From: an uncultured delta proteobacterium
GTDB taxonomy: Bacteria > Myxococcota > Myxococcia > Myxococcales > Myxococcaceae
DNA: 64,000 nt
Assembly: GCA_963796055.1 (NCBI GenBank)
Contig: CAWCKH010000004.1
Coordinates: forward strand, 1,792,001-1,856,000
Reading direction: 5' to 3'
Numbering within the stretch: the stretch's first letter is position 1; every line of letters begins with the position of its first letter. Shown piece by piece: positions 59,670 through 64,000 of this stretch. The notes under the pieces were generated by a model, which did no database searches, had not been told where the DNA came from, and was given only the letters and a program-made list of their open reading frames with translations. A program made the position numbers and the translations under genes.

Positions 59670-61043
59670 TCAGCCCGCGGCGGCCGAGACCGGCGCTCCC
59701 GCGCGCGGCGGCGCGATGCTCTCCGCCAGCGCGAGCGACTCGCGCACGCAGTCGGCGATCCCCGGTCCGCGGAAGGCGTTCCCGGCGAGGAGCAGCCGCG
59801 GATGGCTCCGCAAGGTGGTGGCGATCGCATCCATCCGGGCCTGGTGCCCGACCTCGTACTGCGGAATCGCCTGCGGCCAGCGCACGATTCTCACCAGATC
59901 TGGTGGCCGGGTGACGTGGAGCATCGTCGCGAGCTCGGCGCGGACCAGCTCCACCAGCTCCGGGTCGGGCAGCGCCGCCCACTCGGCCCCGTGCGCCCCG
60001 CCGACGAGCGTGGTGAGCAACGTTCCGCCGCCGGGTGCGCGGAACGGGTAGGCCGAGGAGACGAAGATCACTCCCAGGACCCGCCGTCGCTCGCGCGCCG
60101 GCACCAGCACCCCGAAGCCCTGCGGGTCCGGGTCGAGCGCGGGGCGCCAACCGAAGTGCACCACCGAGACCGGCACCGAGTGGATTGCCTCCAGCGCGGT
60201 GGCGATGCTCGCGTCCAGTGGCCGCAGGAGCTCGGCCGAGACCCGCGGCGGGACGGCGAGGACGACGCGCTCGAACCGCTCCGCGCCACCGTCCCAGCGG
60301 ACCTGCCAGCCTCCGGCCGCAGGCTCCAGCGCCTGGATCCTCACTCCGAGCCGGACCGCGTCTCCCAGCGCGGCACCGAGCGCCCGCGGCAGCGTCTCCA
60401 GTCCCCCGTCGAAGGAGGCGAGTCGCGGAGCCGCCGTCCGCGGTCCACCGCGGCGCATGGCCCGGGCCGCGAGGAGCAGGCTCCGGTGGCCGCGCTCCAT
60501 CTCGTGCAGGCGGGGGAAGGCCGCGCGCACGCTCAGCCGTTCGGAGTCACCGGCGAAGATGCCGGTCTGCACCGCGTCGAGCAGCGTCTCGGTGACGTGG
60601 CGACCGAGGTGTCTCCGGCCGAACTGGGCCAGGCTCTCGTCCACTCCGTGCGGTCCGCGACGGCTGAATGGCTCGAGGAGCAGTCGCAGCTTGGCCCACC
60701 AGGGGACGATGCTCGAGACGAGGAGCTGGGGCGGCTTCGTGGGGAGGAACCGGAGCTTGCCCCGGACGAAGAGCGCGCGACGCTCGGCCGCGGCCGAGGC
60801 TGGCCGCAGCTGCTCGGCGATCCCCAGACGCTCCGCGACCCGGGCCACCGCTCCTTCCCGGTCGAGCAATCCGTTCGGGCCTGCCTCGAGCACGAACCCA
60901 TCGTCGAGCCAGGAGCGGATCTGTCCGCCGACGCGGTCGGAGGCCTCGAGCACCGTCACCGCGGTGCCGCGGTCGCGCAGCGCCCAGGCGAGCGTCAGGC
61001 CCGAGATACCAGCTCCGACCACGGCGGTGCGCAGGTGTGGCAC
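59670..61043 (-). CDS. hemG: Protoporphyrinogen/coproporphyrinogen oxidase (HemY/HemG type)
   Basis: VVGAGISGL, GGQI, EAGPN, GFGVL, AIPQYEVGH. Confidence 0.9.
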   Translation of the reverse strand: MPHLRTAVVGAGISGLTLAWALRDRGTAVTVLEASDRVGGQIRSWLDDGFVLEAGPNGLLDREGAVARVAERLGIAEQLRPASAAAERRALFVRGKLRFLPTKPPQLLVSSIVPWWAKLRLLLEPFSRRGPHGVDESLAQFGRRHLGRHVTETLLDAVQTGIFAGDSERLSVRAAFPRLHEMERGHRSLLLAARAMRRGGPRTAAPRLASFDGGLETLPRALGAALGDAVRLGVRIQALEPAAGGWQVRWDGGAERFERVVLAVPPRVSAELLRPLDASIATALEAIHSVPVSVVHFGWRPALDPDPQGFGVLVPARERRRVLGVIFVSSAYPFRAPGGGTLLTTLVGGAHGAEWAALPDPELVELVRAELATMLHVTRPPDLVRIVRWPQAIPQYEVGHQARMDAIATTLRSHPRLLLAGNAFRGPGIADCVRESLALAESIAPPRAGAPVSAAAG

Positions 61044-61121
61044 GGCACGTTCCTACTCCATCGCCCGGGGAGGGGCGCGCTTTCCCTCGCGGGCCGGATG
61101 GGCGGTGCTTATCTCACCCGC

Positions 61122-61802
61122 ATGCGCTTCGTCGTCACCGGTGCCAACCGGGGGATCGGGCTGGAGTTCGTCAAGCAATTGACAGCGCGAGGCGAGGAGG
61201 TCGACGCGACCGCCCGCGACCCCGAGGACGCCTCCGAGCTGCGTGCCCTGGTGCAGCCGGGCGCCCGCCTCCGGGTCCACCGGCTCGACGTGGCGGACGA
61301 CGCGAGCGTCGCCGCATTCGCCGAGCAGCTGCCGCCGGGCCCGGTGGACGTGTTGATCAACAATGCCGGGGTCTCGGGGGTGAAGGGCGGGGAGCCAATC
61401 GATCCCGCCGACATCCTCCGCGTCTTCAACGTGAACGCGGTGGGCTCGCTCCGGGTGGTGCGCGCGCTCCTGCCTCGGCTGCGCGCAGGCAGGGGCAAGA
61501 AGATCGCCAACCTCACCAGCGTGCTGGGCAGCATCAGCGAGGCCACCGGCGGGCGCTACGCCTACCGGATGAGCAAGGCGGCGCTGAACATGGCCACCCG
61601 GCTGCTGGCGGAGGATCTGCGCGGCGAGGGATTCCGCGCCGTGGCGCTGCATCCGGGCTGGGTGCAGACCCGCATGGGCGGAAGCGCCGCGCCGGTGCCG
61701 CCCGAGCAGTCCGTCCGCGGGCTGCTCCGCATCATCGACGGCCTCACTGCCGAGCAGAGCGGTCGCACCTTCGACTTCCAGGGACGGGAGATTCCCTGGT
61801 GA
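61122..61802 (+). CDS. csgA: SDR oxidoreductase, probable ortholog of the myxobacterial C-signal protein CsgA
   Basis: TGANRGIG, GPVDVLINNAGVSG, YAYRMSKAALNM, HPGWVQT, ending FDFQGREIPW; hemG and pdxH as neighbours. Confidence 0.8.
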   Translation: MRFVVTGANRGIGLEFVKQLTARGEEVDATARDPEDASELRALVQPGARLRVHRLDVADDASVAAFAEQLPPGPVDVLINNAGVSGVKGGEPIDPADILRVFNVNAVGSLRVVRALLPRLRAGRGKKIANLTSVLGSISEATGGRYAYRMSKAALNMATRLLAEDLRGEGFRAVALHPGWVQTRMGGSAAPVPPEQSVRGLLRIIDGLTAEQSGRTFDFQGREIPW

Positions 61803-61878
61803 CGCCGCGCCTCCGGGCTCAGCCCCCCGCACCAGGGGGACGCCTGCGGAGCGGCGCAGGGGCGCCGCGCGTCCAGGC

Positions 61879-62460
61879 TCAGGGGTAGAGCCGCTCCTCC
61901 GTCCACGGCGCTTCGCGCGACACACGGCGGAACAGGTGCCGGTCGTGCAGGCGGAACGGGCCGGACTTCCAGAACTCGATGCGGTCCGGCTCCAGCCGGA
62001 ATCCGGACCAGTTCCGGGGGCGGGGAACCTCGCGCCCGGCGTACCGGGCCTCCACCTCCGCCACCGCCGCCTCGAGGACCGCGCGGCTGGCCAGCGGCTC
62101 GCTCTGTCTCGAGGCCCAGGCGCCGATCTGGCTCCCGCGCGGGCGGGTGGCGAAGTACGCATCGGCCTCCTCGTCCGAGACCTGCGTCGCCCGGCCCTCG
62201 ATCCGCACCTGCCGCTCCAGGGGCTTCCAGTGGAAGCTGAGCGCGGCCCAGGGATTGGCCCGCAGCTCGCGGAACTTCCGCGAGTCGAGGTTGCCGTAGA
62301 ACACGAAGCCCTCGCGGTCGAAGCCCTTGAGGAGCACCACCCGCGCGCTGGGTCGTCCCCCCGGTCCCACCGTGGAGAGCACCATGGCGTTGGGGTCCAC
62401 CGGGACCGCGGCCTCGGCCTCACGGAACCACTCCTCGAATTGCTGAAACGGGTCCGTCAT
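61879..62460 (-). CDS. pdxH: Pyridoxamine 5'-phosphate oxidase
   Basis: RVVLLK, SRK, RQVRIEG, SQIGAWAS, EFW...RLHDR. Confidence 0.93.
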   Translation of the reverse strand: MTDPFQQFEEWFREAEAAVPVDPNAMVLSTVGPGGRPSARVVLLKGFDREGFVFYGNLDSRKFRELRANPWAALSFHWKPLERQVRIEGRATQVSDEEADAYFATRPRGSQIGAWASRQSEPLASRAVLEAAVAEVEARYAGREVPRPRNWSGFRLEPDRIEFWKSGPFRLHDRHLFRRVSREAPWTEERLYP

Positions 62461-62531
62461 GCGGCCCTCCATACCAGAGGCGGGCCGCACTCGGGCGTTG
62501 ACGGCTTTCCAGCAGCGGGCATGGTGGGCCG

Positions 62532-63974
62532 ATGAAGATTCTCTACGTCGCCTCCGAGGCCGCGCCCTACAGCAAGTCGGGCGGCCTGGGCGACGTGGCG
62601 CACGCGCTGCCGCGCGCGCTGTCGGCGAGAGGGCACCAGGTCCGGGTGGTGACGCCGCTCTATGCCTCGGCCCGGGTGACCAACGCCGAGGACTCCGGAC
62701 GCTCCATCCGGTTGCGCTTCCCCTTCGGCGAGCAGCGCGCCGCGATCCGGCTGGCCCGTCCGGCCCCCCGCCACGAGGTCTGGTTCCTGGACCATCCGGG
62801 ATTCTTCGCTCGCCCCGGTCTCTACGGCGACTCGAGCGGGGAGTACGGCGACAACCACCGGCGCTTCGCCTTCCTCTCGGTGGGTGCGCTCGCCGCGGCG
62901 CAGGTGATGCAGTTCGCGCCGGACGTGGTGCACCTCAACGACTGGCAGACTGGGCTCGCCGCGCTGGCGCTGGCGCGCGGGTTCCGCGGCACCGCGGTGG
63001 GAGAGGCGAGCAGCCTCTTCACCATCCACAACCTCGCCTACCAGGGGCTGTTCCCCAAGGAGGTGATGGGGGACCTGGGTCTGCCCTGGGATGTCTTCAC
63101 CCCCTCGGGCCTCGAGTTCTACGACCAGGCGAACTTCATGAAGGCCGGCCTGGCCTTCGCCGACGCGCTGAGCACGGTGAGCCCCACCTACGCCCAGGAG
63201 ATCCAGACCGAGGGTTACGGCTGCATGCTGGAGGGGACGCTCCGGGCGCGGGCCCACGATCTGCACGGCATCCTCAACGGCATCGACGTGCACGAGTGGG
63301 ACCCGCGGGCCGACCCGTACCTCCCCGCGCCCTTCGACGTGGACGACCTGTCGGGGAAGGCGGTCTGCAAGGCCGAGCTGCGGCATCGCTTCGGGTTGCC
63401 GGATCCGGACTACGTCTCCAGTGCGCCGCTGTTCGGCGTCATCACCCGGCTCACCGGGCAGAAGGGCATCTCGCTGCTGCTGGAGGCGATTCCCACCTTG
63501 CTCGACCGCGGGGCCGAGGTGGTGGTGCTCGGCAACGGCGAGCGATGGTACGAGGACGGGCTGCGGGCGCTGGCCGCGGCTCGCCCCGACGGGTTTCGCG
63601 CCTTCATCGGCTTCGACCCCTCGCTCTCCCACCTGGTGGAGGGCGGGGCGGACTTCTTCCTGATGCCCTCGCTCTACGAGCCCTGCGGGCTGAACCAGAT
63701 GTACTCGCTGCGGTACGGGACGGTGCCGGTGGTGCGGGCCACCGGGGGCCTCGAGGACACGGTGCGGGACGCGGACCTCCCTGGCGGCACCGGCTTCAAG
63801 TTCGGCGACTTCGACGTGGGTGGGCTGCTCTGGGCGAGCGGTCGAGCGATGGACTGGTGGTGGCATCGGCGTGACGCGCTCGATGCGCTGCGGTTGCGCG
63901 GGATGGCCCAGGACTGGTCATGGGAGAGCTCGGCCGCGGCCTATGAACAGCTGTACGCCTCGCTCCCCGGCTGA
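62532..63974 (+). CDS. glgA: Glycogen synthase
   Basis: KSGGLGDV, NDWQT, TIHNLAYQG, PSLYEPCGLNQ. Confidence 0.95.
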   Translation: MKILYVASEAAPYSKSGGLGDVAHALPRALSARGHQVRVVTPLYASARVTNAEDSGRSIRLRFPFGEQRAAIRLARPAPRHEVWFLDHPGFFARPGLYGDSSGEYGDNHRRFAFLSVGALAAAQVMQFAPDVVHLNDWQTGLAALALARGFRGTAVGEASSLFTIHNLAYQGLFPKEVMGDLGLPWDVFTPSGLEFYDQANFMKAGLAFADALSTVSPTYAQEIQTEGYGCMLEGTLRARAHDLHGILNGIDVHEWDPRADPYLPAPFDVDDLSGKAVCKAELRHRFGLPDPDYVSSAPLFGVITRLTGQKGISLLLEAIPTLLDRGAEVVVLGNGERWYEDGLRALAAARPDGFRAFIGFDPSLSHLVEGGADFFLMPSLYEPCGLNQMYSLRYGTVPVVRATGGLEDTVRDADLPGGTGFKFGDFDVGGLLWASGRAMDWWWHRRDALDALRLRGMAQDWSWESSAAAYEQLYASLPG

Positions 63975-64000
63975 TACGACCCCGGGCCGGCATGAGCAGT

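Overview
GC-rich genomic window, most likely from a myxobacterium (Myxococcota): it has MYXO-CTERM-type tails, a hemG-csgA-pdxH locus and a TonB-C/TonB-dependent receptor fusion. The flanks are mostly housekeeping: bioBFAD with a BirA-type operator, a CzcCBA-type RND pump, a sigma54 two-component pair, purF, an M1 aminopeptidase, def, an OPT transporter, an ECF41 sigma factor with a CMD gene, pckG, miaE, gluQ, hemG, csgA, pdxH and glgA. Five otherwise intact genes are broken by small indels, probably sequencing errors. The highlight is 16577-32922, where a translationally coupled three-gene module occurs twice. Gene 1 is a PqqD/RRE domain fused to an internal twin-arginine leader and a six-Cys C-C-CC-C-C (knottin-like) peptide. 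Gene 2 is an NTP_transf_5-type nucleotidyltransferase. Gene 3 is a ~1500-aa secreted beta-helix/C25 gingipain-like protease with a MYXO-CTERM tail. A third protease paralog follows. Two of these units share a sigma54-like promoter element, and an HprK-related kinase lies 8 kb upstream. This looks like an uncharacterised RiPP-like or surface-peptide modification system. All family assignments are by motif recognition; no searches were run.
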